NCBI GenBank assembly: GCA_025363495.1 | Contig: JANYDR010000218.1 | Location: 1-36,894 of the forward strand | Direction of reading: 5' to 3' | DNA: 36,894 nt | DNA from: Cyclobacteriaceae bacterium | Lineage (GTDB): Bacteria > Bacteroidota > Bacteroidia > Cytophagales > Cyclobacteriaceae | In this document: positions 29,801-36,894 of the stretch, piece by piece | Numbering within the stretch: the first letter of the stretch is position 1 | Layout: every line of letters starts with the position of its first letter | Program-made: the position numbers and the translations under genes | Notes under the pieces: model-generated | Database searches by the model: none | The model's input: the letters and a program-made list of their open reading frames with translations, nothing else | What the model was told of the DNA's origin: nothing

Positions 29801-29996
29801 GAGCCTCTTGAACAAAACTCCTTTTGGTGCAGCACAAATCGTGTTTACAGGAAGAAACCTGTTCTTATATGCTCCCAATTATCCACACTTAGATCCTGAA
29901 GTAAATTCACAGGGAGTAAACAACTCGCAGGGTTTTGAATATAACAACTTGCCGCAAACCAGATCATATGGTGTGCTGCTACGATTAAACTTCTAA
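26826..29996 (+). CDS. SusC/RagA family TonB-dependent outer-membrane transporter
   Basis: N-terminal extension (LPGVNVVLKGTTNGTVTDADG), LSEVVVTA, plug motif PLFVVDGIPI and DIESMTVLKGPAAAVLYGSRA, terminal Phe. Confidence 0.96.
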   Translation: MKKFLLVCFSFLFALSSARAQERVVSGKVTSTDDGTTLPGVNVVLKGTTNGTVTDADGSYKLNVPSAGGTLIFSFIGMQTQEIAIGERSVVDLGMGLDSKQLSEVVVTAFGIESEKRSLGTSTTTLKSEAIADSRQTNVVNSLTAKMAGVRISSSGGNVGASSSIFIRGMTSFTQSNQPLFVVDGIPIDNSGGGNALQTGVSNSNRAIDLNPDDIESMTVLKGPAAAVLYGSRAISGAIMITTKKGGQAKNKNSVSFTSNYNQTEVNRLPDYQNTYGQGSNGIYNPGSLDSWGPKITGQTVTNYLGKPEVLQAYPNNVKEIFRKGNSAQNSLSFKGGNDKSNFIFSYSNLHENGVLKNNELLRNTFRLAANTQLTDKLHVGASVSYFNTTSRRTPIGNQQANPLFRGFIIPRSYNLTGYPYQNPNGSETYYDTSTDNPLWTIENNTYKDNLNRMLAQFDIGYDFTDWLSLNYRLGTDYYSLNIKAVDAVGTIGTAYTAAAQTGGTQDENIISQQTSSYLNLTAKKNFGDFGTSLLLGNEINKTTLTDQGVSATGASVNGFGQIDSYSNYAPFNGTGNAQFSNVNRTLLGLYAQATVSYKSYAYINLSGRNDWSSTFAPKNNSYFYPSVSGSFIFSDAFPSLKNNKIFSFGKLRANVAKVGRTAPVFSTDTYFGKSNPSNGFGPNLLYPFRGVQAYTLSNASGNSDIKPEFTTTAEVGTELRFWQDRISLDFGYFETHTTDIILNAPTSAASGFTTQLRNAGELKTNGFEITLGVSAIKTNNFSWDISANWTRIRNNVIKIDPLVSSIFLGGFTVPQTQLQAGQPYGVIVGNPFNKDANGNLLITSAGAGSGQPTGNTNVVSVIGNPNPDWTAGITNTFNYKGIALSFLIDIRSGGDVISRNLRDLRFRGVAAETADRDKTYVIKGVLRDPVNNPDGTARALLGSDGNPIPNTIALNAQNYWTSIYNTQGESIVFDASWVRLREASISYSLPKSLLNKTPFGAAQIVFTGRNLFLYAPNYPHLDPEVNSQGVNNSQGFEYNNLPQTRSYGVLLRLNF

Positions 29997-30006
29997 AATA
30001 AATGCT

Positions 30007-31530
30007 ATGAAAAAAGCAATGAAACATACTTATACATATGCCCTCATCGCAGCAATCGCATTGTTGATAGGAGGATGTGGCGACTTTTTAAATGTAAATA
30101 CGGACCCGACAAGACTCAAGACTTCATCCATTCCCTTGGTTATGACAGGGGCACAAGGAAATCTTGGCTTTATACAGGGAAGTGATTTGTTTTTATATTC
30201 TACACTTTTTATTCAACAAATGACCGGTAACGGTGTAACTGGAAGCCAGACTCGCTTCTATGATGCTTGGATTGTTACGAATTCAGATGTGAATAACGCG
30301 TGGTCAAATTACTATGCTGGCCCTCTTGCAGATCTTAACTATATCCGTCAAAATACTTATGCTGAGGGAAACCCTCAATACGGTGGAATTGCAAAGATCC
30401 TTCAGGCTTATTCATTTAGTACCCTGGTGGATGCCTGGGGAGATATACCCTATAAAGAATCATTGAAAGGCATAAAAAATGTTCAGCCTAAATATGATGC
30501 TAATAAGGAAGTATACGATTCACTATTTGTCTTGATAGATGCAGGTATTGCTGATCTTGCAAAGACTAATGTTCGTGCTGTTGGGACTGAGGATTTATTC
30601 TACGGTGGCAATATTCCACAGTGGGTAAAATTTGCAAACACGTTGAAACTACGAATGGCACTTCATTATGCTAAAGTTGATGGAGGCGCAAAATTAATTT
30701 CTGTCATCGGCTCAGATGCCCCTGGTACTTTCATTAGTAGCAATGCTGATAATTTCCAGATGGCCTATGAGAATGTTACAAACAGGCAGAATCCGATTCA
30801 CCAGTTTGAAATAAGCCGTGCGGATTATTTGTGGCCTTCGAATTTTCTGGTGTCAATGATGAATACAAAAGGTGACCCAAGAAGAACGACCTTTTTTCAA
30901 CCATCACCATATCCAGGCACGTCAGCCTCTTATATACCTCAAATCACCGATAACTATGTAGGATTTGATCCGGGTGCGCCGCAATCAGTGGCCGCATCAA
31001 GAATGGGAACATACATCCGTGGTGCAGTTACTGCGGATAATGGTGCAAGAACTGGTGGAAACCTGAACGCTACTTCCTTGACTTACACAGGTGCAGCACC
31101 TCTTCGTTTGCTGACTTTTTCTGAATATAACTTTATTCGGGCTGAGGCAGCGCTTGTTTATGGTGCCCCTGGTACGGCACTTACATTCTATACAGCTGGT
31201 ATTAATGCGTCGATGTCTGCTGCTGGTCTTTCTGGGACAGCTGCTACAGCGGCCACTACCTACGTGGCAACTCAAGTAGCTCAGCCATTGACACAGCAAC
31301 GAATTATCGAAGAGAAATTTGTTGCTAACTATGGTGTTCTTATGGAATCATGGAATGATTGGAGAAGAACTGGTTTCCCTGTTCTACCAAGCAATCCTTC
31401 AGCAACTGCCAATGGCAACACCACTCGTCCAAGGATATTAGTTTATCCGTTGAGTGAAACTCAGGTGAATTCTGCGAATTTGCCTGCGAGAGCTTCTGGA
31501 ACTGTGGCAAGCCTGTTTTGGGATAAGTAA
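30007..31530 (+). CDS. SusD/RagB family lipoprotein
   Basis: Lipobox LIGG-C, LVDAWGDIPY, WVKFANTLKLR, ESWNDWRRTGFP, LFWDK; directly after susC. Confidence 0.94.
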   Translation: MKKAMKHTYTYALIAAIALLIGGCGDFLNVNTDPTRLKTSSIPLVMTGAQGNLGFIQGSDLFLYSTLFIQQMTGNGVTGSQTRFYDAWIVTNSDVNNAWSNYYAGPLADLNYIRQNTYAEGNPQYGGIAKILQAYSFSTLVDAWGDIPYKESLKGIKNVQPKYDANKEVYDSLFVLIDAGIADLAKTNVRAVGTEDLFYGGNIPQWVKFANTLKLRMALHYAKVDGGAKLISVIGSDAPGTFISSNADNFQMAYENVTNRQNPIHQFEISRADYLWPSNFLVSMMNTKGDPRRTTFFQPSPYPGTSASYIPQITDNYVGFDPGAPQSVAASRMGTYIRGAVTADNGARTGGNLNATSLTYTGAAPLRLLTFSEYNFIRAEAALVYGAPGTALTFYTAGINASMSAAGLSGTAATAATTYVATQVAQPLTQQRIIEEKFVANYGVLMESWNDWRRTGFPVLPSNPSATANGNTTRPRILVYPLSETQVNSANLPARASGTVASLFWDK

Positions 31531-31549
31531 CACATAAAATTAAACAGAC

Positions 31550-32047
31550 ATGAAAAAGAAACTTATATATATCAGTGTTTTAGCACTGGCTACGATTTTC
31601 TCATCCTGTAAAAAAGATGAGATATTCGCGACTAAAGCTCAATCGGCGGGAACAATATTGTTTCAGGTAGACGATAAAGCTCTTACTGGAACTGTATTCG
31701 TAGGCGCGATTCAGCCAAGCCTGGATGTATCGGCAGCGCGATTTTCCAAAGCTGCAACGGCTAGTCCCAACTATTTTGGTGGCAATGCCGTCGTTACTGT
31801 CAATCTTACTTCGGAACTTAATCACGTGGTTATTAACCTAGTTAATACGACCACAGGTGCTCGTGAGAAGAAAGCTGACATCAATGGAGTTTCTGGAAGT
31901 ACTGTATGGACTGCTCCATTAACTACGTTAGGATTCGCAAACGCAAACCCAACAGCAGGAAGTACTTTAACGTTTGAGTTTATTGCTTCCAACGCGGATG
32001 GAACAAAAACTACAACGAGGGTTTTCCAGGTACAGGTTATTGCATAA
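31550..32047 (+). CDS. Small hypothetical surface lipoprotein
   Basis: MKKKLIYISVLALATIFSS-C followed by KKDE (resembles the Bacteroidota lipoprotein export signal); beta-strand-rich. Confidence 0.8.
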   Translation: MKKKLIYISVLALATIFSSCKKDEIFATKAQSAGTILFQVDDKALTGTVFVGAIQPSLDVSAARFSKAATASPNYFGGNAVVTVNLTSELNHVVINLVNTTTGAREKKADINGVSGSTVWTAPLTTLGFANANPTAGSTLTFEFIASNADGTKTTTRVFQVQVIA

Positions 32048-32060
32048 TTTTAGGTTATCA

Positions 32061-32102
32061 TATAAAATAAAAAGGCTCCCAAAGGAGCCTTTTTATTTTA
32101 TA
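32061..32102. terminator. Bidirectional intrinsic terminator (susCD unit / accD)
   Basis: Perfect 19-bp inverted repeat TATAAAATAAAAAGGCTCC-caaa-GGAGCCTTTTTATTTTATA between convergent genes. Confidence 0.9.
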
Positions 32103-32149
32103 AGTTTCGTCCTGCGATAAAAAATATCAGATATCTCTTCGAAGAGTTT

Positions 32150-32989
32150 CTATTGAAGCATCTTAAGAAGAATGCTCAACCGGCTTTTAAGATTTCTTCT
32201 ATCAACGATGAAATCAAGAAAACCATGCTCTAATACAAACTCAGCACTTTGGAATCCTTCGGGAAGATCTTTGCCAATGGTCTCACGGATAACGCGCGGT
32301 CCCGCAAAGCCTATGAGAGAACCAGGCTCTGCAATGTTAAAATCTCCAAGCATAGCATATGACGCTGTCACTCCACCTGTTGTTGGATCTGTTAATAACG
32401 AGATGTATGGAACTTTTGCTTCGTCAAGTAGAGCAATCTTGGCGGAGGTCTTAGCCATTTGCATAAGCGACAATCCAGCCTCCATCATCCTCGCACCCCC
32501 CGATCTTGAGATCATGAGAAATGGAATCTTATTATGAAGACTATGGTCCATTGCCCGGGCAATTTTTTCTCCAACAACGGAACCCATTGATCCGCCTATG
32601 AAAATGAAATCCATGCAGGCAATCGTAATATCAATGCCGCTCATTTTGCCATAAGCTGTTCGCACGGCATCTTTCAAATCGGTCTTTGCCTGTGATTCTT
32701 TTATGCGCTTAGGATATGGTTTTGTATCTACAAATTTTAATGGATCACCTGACTCCATATTTTCATCCAGTTCGGTGAACTCATTATTATCAAACAGGAT
32801 TTCAAAATATTCCCGTGATCCGATTTTTACATGGTACTCTTCCTCAGGAACCACATAAGCATTATTTTTAAGCTCACGCGTGTGAACAATCTTACCGCTT
32901 GGAGATTTAAACCATAAGCCGTCAGGAACTTCCCGTTTGGCTTCGGTAGGAGTGAGAATTCCTTTATCAGTGCGTTTAAACCAAGGCAT
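32150..32989 (-). CDS. accD: Acetyl-CoA carboxylase carboxyltransferase beta subunit
   Basis: [54 protein letters not shown]. Confidence 0.97.
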   Translation of the reverse strand: MPWFKRTDKGILTPTEAKREVPDGLWFKSPSGKIVHTRELKNNAYVVPEEEYHVKIGSREYFEILFDNNEFTELDENMESGDPLKFVDTKPYPKRIKESQAKTDLKDAVRTAYGKMSGIDITIACMDFIFIGGSMGSVVGEKIARAMDHSLHNKIPFLMISRSGGARMMEAGLSLMQMAKTSAKIALLDEAKVPYISLLTDPTTGGVTASYAMLGDFNIAEPGSLIGFAGPRVIRETIGKDLPEGFQSAEFVLEHGFLDFIVDRRNLKSRLSILLKMLQ

Positions 32990-33009
32990 TCTTGCTGGGC
33001 TAAGTTTTA

Positions 33010-34083
33010 TTAAGCTACGGTTATAGACTTATCAAGATAGATATCCTGAATTGCATTTAAGATTTCAACACCTTCCTTCATCGGGCGTTGAAAGCATTTC
33101 CGTCCGGAAATTAATCCCATTCCGCCAGCACGTTTATTAATCACAGCTGTCTTCACAGCATCTACCAGATCACTTGCGCCTTTTGATTCACCACCTGAGT
33201 TTATAAGTCCTGCACGTCCGCTATAACAGTTTAATACCTGGTAGCGACACAAGTCGATTGGGTGGTCACTTGTTAGTTCAGTATATATACGCTCATCAAG
33301 TTTACCGTAGCTGCTGCCGCCGGTATTCAATGCTTTGAAACCGCCGTTGTTCGTAGCAAGCTTTTGTTTAATGATATCTGCCTGAATGGTTACTCCAAGA
33401 TGATTCGCCTGACCAGTTAAGTCAGCGGAGGTATGATAATCAACACCGTTTACTTTGAAAGCATTGTTTCGTGTATAGCACCAGAGAATAGTTGACATTC
33501 CAAGCTCGTGAGCTTCTTCAAATGCTTTCGCTACCTCAACTATCTGACGTGTTGAATTATCGGACCCAAAATAAATTGTAGCGCCAACTGCCGCTGCACC
33601 AAGGTTCCAGGCATCACGTACAGAGCCAAACATTATCTGGTCTGCTTTATTGGGATACGTAAGAAGTTCGTTATGGTTGATCTTGACGATGAAAGGAATT
33701 TTGTGTGCATACTTGCGTGATGTAAATGCCAGCGCTCCGAATGTTGTGGCAACTGCATTACAACCTCCTTCTATCGCAAGCTTTACAATATTTTCCGGAT
33801 CAAAATAAATTGGATTCTTGGCAAAAGAAGCTCCTGCACTATGTTCAATCCCCTGATCGATTGGTAAAATAGAAAGAAATCCTGTGTTAGATAGGCGGCC
33901 AGTTCCAAACAATGAACCAAGGCTTCGTAATACCTGAGGTGTGCGGTTTGACGGTCCAAAAATGTCATCGATAAAGGTTGGTCCTGGAACGTGAAGTTGC
34001 TCTTTTGGAACGGTTTTGCTTTTGTGATTCAACAGGTAGTCTGCATCGGTACCAAGTAATTCTGCGATAGTGCGTTTTGCCAT
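33010..34083 (-). CDS. fbaB: Class I fructose-bisphosphate aldolase (DhnA/FbaB type)
   Basis: [53 protein letters not shown]. Start moved to ATG 34083 ([11 protein letters not shown]), downstream of a promoter. Confidence 0.95.
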   Translation of the reverse strand: MAKRTIAELLGTDADYLLNHKSKTVPKEQLHVPGPTFIDDIFGPSNRTPQVLRSLGSLFGTGRLSNTGFLSILPIDQGIEHSAGASFAKNPIYFDPENIVKLAIEGGCNAVATTFGALAFTSRKYAHKIPFIVKINHNELLTYPNKADQIMFGSVRDAWNLGAAAVGATIYFGSDNSTRQIVEVAKAFEEAHELGMSTILWCYTRNNAFKVNGVDYHTSADLTGQANHLGVTIQADIIKQKLATNNGGFKALNTGGSSYGKLDERIYTELTSDHPIDLCRYQVLNCYSGRAGLINSGGESKGASDLVDAVKTAVINKRAGGMGLISGRKCFQRPMKEGVEILNAIQDIYLDKSITVA

Positions 34084-34106
34084 AGTATGATTTCGAAATA
34101 GGATGG

Positions 34107-34137
34107 CAAATATAGACCTGTCCTTTATGGTTTCCAA
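34107..34137 (-). promoter_or_regulatory. Sigma-A promoter for fbaB-accD
   Basis: TTG, 20 nt, TATATTTG on the minus strand. Confidence 0.7.
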
Positions 34138-34162
34138 CAGAGTTATTTTGAACAAACGTCAC

Positions 34163-34198
34163 AAAAAAAGGCCTGTTTCGATTGAAACAGGCCTTTTT
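34163..34198 (-). terminator. Intrinsic terminator after rplS
   Basis: AAAAAGGCCTGTTTC-gatt-GAAACAGGCCTTTTT inverted repeat; U7 tract on the minus strand. Confidence 0.9.
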
Positions 34199-34215
34199 AT
34201 AAAGTAAAATATTAT

Positions 34216-34599
34216 CTAAGCTTTCGCTCCTTTTCCTTGAATAACAGTCAATTTTTCTCTGATCCGCGCTGCCTTGCCCTGACGTCCTCTCAGGAAGTAT
34301 AATTTTGCCCTGCGAACTTTACCAGCCTTTACGAATTCAATTTTGTCAATACTTGGGCTTACGACAGGGAAAATTCTCTCTACACCAACTCCATTGGACA
34401 CCTTTCTAACAGAAAAAGACTCTCCGTTCGTGCCAGTTCCGCGTCTGTACAATACAACACCCTGAAACTGCTGAATACGTTCTTTATTACCCTCACTGAT
34501 CTTAACGTGAACATTTATAGTGTCACCTGGCTTAAAATCGGGATGATTAGCGCGCTTTCCTGCTAATTCTTGCTCGGCTATCTTAATTAAATCGGCCAT
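34216..34599 (-). CDS. rplS: 50S ribosomal protein L19
   Basis: [47 protein letters not shown]. Confidence 0.98.
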   Translation of the reverse strand: MADLIKIAEQELAGKRANHPDFKPGDTINVHVKISEGNKERIQQFQGVVLYRRGTGTNGESFSVRKVSNGVGVERIFPVVSPSIDKIEFVKAGKVRRAKLYFLRGRQGKAARIREKLTVIQGKGAKA

Positions 34600-34625
34600 A
34601 TCGGTATCGTTTTGAAAATGGACTG

Positions 34626-34655
34626 CAAATATAGGAAAGCCGTGGCAGTCGGCAA
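34626..34655 (-). promoter_or_regulatory. Internal sigma-A promoter for rplS
   Basis: TTG, 19 nt, TATATTTG on the minus strand in the trmD-rplS spacer. Confidence 0.75.
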
Positions 34656-34684
34656 GGGAAGAATGTGAAATCGCCTGAATTTGA

Positions 34685-35365
34685 TCAATTTCCCTCCAGA
34701 AGGCCCGGGCGCCTTTTTTTGGTCCGTTTCAAGGCATTCTCGTGCTTCCAATTCTCAATCAGCACAGGATTACCTGAAAGAAGAACTTCCGGTACTTTCC
34801 AGCCATTATAGTCTGAGGGACGTGTATAAACTTCCGGCGCCACTAGGCCATCCTGAAAAGAGTCCGTAAGGGCAGAAGATTCATCCGATAAAACTCCCGG
34901 TAATAATCGTATGATAGAATCAGAAAGTACTGCCGCCGCTAGTTCTCCACCTGATAAGACATAATCACCAATGCTTATCTCGCGCGTGATCAGATGCTGA
35001 CGAACACGGTCATCAATACCTTTGTAATGACCGCACAGCATTATAATATTTTGCTTCATGCTCAGTTGGTTTGCTATTGATTGAGTGAGAAGCTCGCCAT
35101 CGGGACTCATATAAATAATTTCATCGTAGCTGCGTTGCGCCTGAAGAGTTAAAATACAACGATGAATAGGCTCGATCATCATTACCATTCCGGCCCCTCC
35201 GCCAAAAGCATAATCATCTGTCGTCCGATGTGAATCCGGAGCATAGCCACGAAGGTCGTGTACATTCACCGTGACAATTTCTTTTTCCTGTGCTCGTTTT
35301 AGTATAGAGTCATTGAATGGACTTTCTAATAAACGCGGAAGGCAGGTGATGATATCTATGCGCAT
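34685..35365 (-). CDS. trmD: tRNA (guanine-N1)-methyltransferase
   Basis: [55 protein letters not shown]. Confidence 0.97.
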   Translation of the reverse strand: MRIDIITCLPRLLESPFNDSILKRAQEKEIVTVNVHDLRGYAPDSHRTTDDYAFGGGAGMVMMIEPIHRCILTLQAQRSYDEIIYMSPDGELLTQSIANQLSMKQNIIMLCGHYKGIDDRVRQHLITREISIGDYVLSGGELAAAVLSDSIIRLLPGVLSDESSALTDSFQDGLVAPEVYTRPSDYNGWKVPEVLLSGNPVLIENWKHENALKRTKKRRPGLLEGN

Positions 35366-35384
35366 ACGCTAAGTTAAAAATTAA

Positions 35385-35461
35385 AGGCATTAGGCACTGG
35401 GCATTAGGAGATTATCGAAACTTTAAAGCGAAGCTGTCCTAATGCAGAATTCTCAATGCCT
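35385..35461. repeat. Heptamer-periodic imperfect inverted repeat in the rimM-trmD spacer
   Basis: Left arm A-GGCATTA-GGCACTG-GGCATTA-GGA (35385-35409); reverse complement of 35437-35461 is AGGCATTGAGAATTCTGCATTAGGA; 19/25 identical by hand count. Confidence 0.6.
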
Positions 35462-35972
35462 AGATCTTCAGGAACCCATCCGGTAATTCCACCGAAATCT
35501 TTTTCTTACTCTTGTTGACACTCTTAATAAAAGGGCCGTTTAATGGAATCATCACATCTTTATTGAGGTATTTCACAATCAAATAACGATTTGGGCCAGC
35601 CTCCTGTACTTCAACTACATAACCCAATGGACCTTCGTCAATATCTGTGACTTCGAAGCCCAGGACTTCATCATTGTAAAATTCGCCCCGCTCCAATTTT
35701 GGACGCTCACTTTTGGGAAGAAAAATGCTAGCCCCTTTCAACGCCAGTGATTGTTCGGGGGTATTTACATCTTCTAGTTTCACATAAGCCTTTACTCCTT
35801 TTACAGAAATATGTTGAATGAAATAAGGTGCAAGTTGATTTTGTGGATCAAGGAAAATGGATTTCACTTCTTCCAGATCCGGGCAGTCCGGGCCAAGCAC
35901 AATTGTCACCTCGCCTTTCAGGCCATGACTTTTTGATACGTAGCCTATTTTAAAATAATCCTTGATGTCCAT
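35460..35972 (-). CDS. rimM: 16S rRNA processing protein RimM
   Basis: IGYVSKSHGLKGEV, EFYNDEVLGFEV, DVMIP, ELPDGFL. Start moved from 36137 to ATG 35972. Confidence 0.93.
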   Translation of the reverse strand: MDIKDYFKIGYVSKSHGLKGEVTIVLGPDCPDLEEVKSIFLDPQNQLAPYFIQHISVKGVKAYVKLEDVNTPEQSLALKGASIFLPKSERPKLERGEFYNDEVLGFEVTDIDEGPLGYVVEVQEAGPNRYLIVKYLNKDVMIPLNGPFIKSVNKSKKKISVELPDGFLKI

Positions 35973-35976
35973 AGTT

Positions 35977-36011
35977 AAAAAAAATGCCAACACGAAAGTC
36001 GCGCTGGCATT
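35977..36011 (-). terminator. Internal terminator-like hairpin between rpsP and rimM
   Basis: Minus strand AATGCCAGCGCG-acttt-CGTGTTGGCATT ending in a U8 run; the two G-U pairs form only on the minus-strand transcript. Confidence 0.75.
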
Positions 36012-36030
36012 CTCAATACATTGAATGAAT

Positions 36031-36564
36031 TTAAGCTTGTGCCTCTGCTGCAGGCGCTTCTCCTTCAGTGGGAGCAGCTTCAGGTGCGACAGCAACCGCA
36101 GCAGCAACTTCAGCCTTCTTGCGAATAGCTTCAGCACGTGCTTCTTTTATCTTTGTCTCTGCATCCTTACGGAGCTTTGCAGCATCTTGTTTAGTCTTGG
36201 AAAGAGTATCCTTCCTCGATTGATTCTTTTCCTCCTTGGATTTTTTCCAGTCGGCATGCTTTTGATCAGCCTGTTCCTGAGTGATAGCTCCCTTCACTAC
36301 TCCAATCTGAAGGTGTTTCTTCAGCATTACTCCATGGTGAGAGAGCATTGCTTTTACAGTATCAGAAGGTTGAGCACCGTTCATGAGCCAATGAAAAGCC
36401 TTATTATCATCTAATACGATGGTTGCTGGAACTGTTAAAGGATCGTAGGTACCGATCTTTTCAATGAATTTTCCGTCGCGGGGTGACCGTGCGTCAGCTA
36501 CTACAACATCATATTTTGCTAGCTTTTTGCGACCTCTGCGGGCCAATCTGATTTTTACTGCCAT
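36031..36564 (-). CDS. rpsP: 30S ribosomal protein S16 (long Bacteroidota form)
   Basis: [14 protein letters not shown]...[22 protein letters not shown]...GAQPSDTV, plus a K/A/E-rich C-terminal extension. Confidence 0.98.
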   Translation of the reverse strand: MAVKIRLARRGRKKLAKYDVVVADARSPRDGKFIEKIGTYDPLTVPATIVLDDNKAFHWLMNGAQPSDTVKAMLSHHGVMLKKHLQIGVVKGAITQEQADQKHADWKKSKEEKNQSRKDTLSKTKQDAAKLRKDAETKIKEARAEAIRKKAEVAAAVAVAPEAAPTEGEAPAAEAQA

Positions 36565-36611
36565 TTTTCTTCGTTTTTAAAGGTTGGATCTCGTCCGTTT
36601 TTTAAGGACTG

Positions 36612-36641
36612 CAAAGGTAATGGATTTTGGCTTTTTGCCAA
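36612..36641 (-). promoter_or_regulatory. Sigma-A promoter for rpsP operon
   Basis: TTG, 19 nt, TACCTTTG on the minus strand. Confidence 0.75.
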
Positions 36642-36734
36642 TTCCGCGCTCTAAAGCTTTAAGGGAATTTTGCCCGCTAAAGTTGTATAATTGAATAATC
36701 GATTATTAGGTTTTTTAATCAAAAAGCCTCTATA

Positions 36735-36742
36735 TACATTTG
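36735..36742 (+). promoter_or_regulatory. -7 element for sucA
   Basis: TACATTTG about 30 nt before the ATG; -33 element not clear. Confidence 0.55.
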
Positions 36743-36771
36743 TTACCCCTTATTAAATTTATCGGCTAGCT

Positions 36772-36894
36772 ATGGATAAATATTCTTATATCTCGAACGC
36801 TGACGTGGGCTATCTCGACCAGCTTTACCAAAATTACAAAAGTGACCCGGCTTCTGTCGATGCCACGTGGCAGAAATTTTTCGAAGGCTACGAC
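36772..36894 (+). CDS. sucA: 2-oxoglutarate dehydrogenase E1 component, N-terminus (runs off window)
   Basis: Hand translation MDKYSYISNADVGYLDQLYQNYKSDPASVDATWQKFFEGYD matches the SucA N-terminal Y..DP.SVD..W..FF motif; not in the ORF track. Confidence 0.88.
   Translation, partial: MDKYSYISNADVGYLDQLYQNYKSDPASVDATWQKFFEGYD

Noticed and set aside
36031-36300. Long charged, Ala/Pro/Glu-rich C-terminal extension of S16
   Set aside because: A common feature of Bacteroidota S16; not novel.
16566-36414. Numerous short ORFs antisense or off-frame within acs, nrdAB, rplU, rpmA, susCD, accD, fbaB, trmD and rpsP
   Set aside because: They overlap well-supported genes and show no recognisable protein features.
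1-36894. CRISPR arrays, tRNA/rRNA genes, IS elements, prophage
   Set aside because: No regularly spaced direct repeats, tRNA-like folds, or transposase, integrase or phage genes were recognised; nearly all sequence is accounted for by CDSs.

Overview
Bacterial chromosomal window from a Bacteroidota genome, probably Cytophagia. This is inferred from TAnnTTTG -7 promoters, the lack of obvious Shine-Dalgarno sites at the starts inspected, a SusC/SusD pair and a long S16. The left 16.4 kb is an accessory surface-glycan locus: 14 minus-strand genes with overlapping or abutting stop/start codons (GT2 x4, GT4, GT9, GT87-like, Wzy, WaaL-like ligase, Wzx-like flippase). Embedded in it is an unusual enzyme block of a Pol-beta-type nucleotidyltransferase, a cobalamin-binding radical SAM enzyme, a class I methyltransferase and an FkbM methyltransferase. 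Beside the operon lie an opposite-strand flavin-reductase-like gene and a second B12 radical SAM gene that runs off the left edge and is absent from the ORF track. This block is the best candidate for an undescribed system, a radical/methylation-based glycan or glycolipid tailoring pathway. The right 20 kb is mostly core genome: acs, a lipoprotein plus beta-barrel pair, nrdB-nrdA, rplU-rpmA, an orphan susC-susD-lipoprotein unit, fbaB-accD, rpsP-rimM-trmD-rplS and the start of sucA, with several clear promoters and terminators. No rRNA, tRNA, CRISPR array or transposase was recognised. All family calls come from reading motifs by eye, not from database searches.
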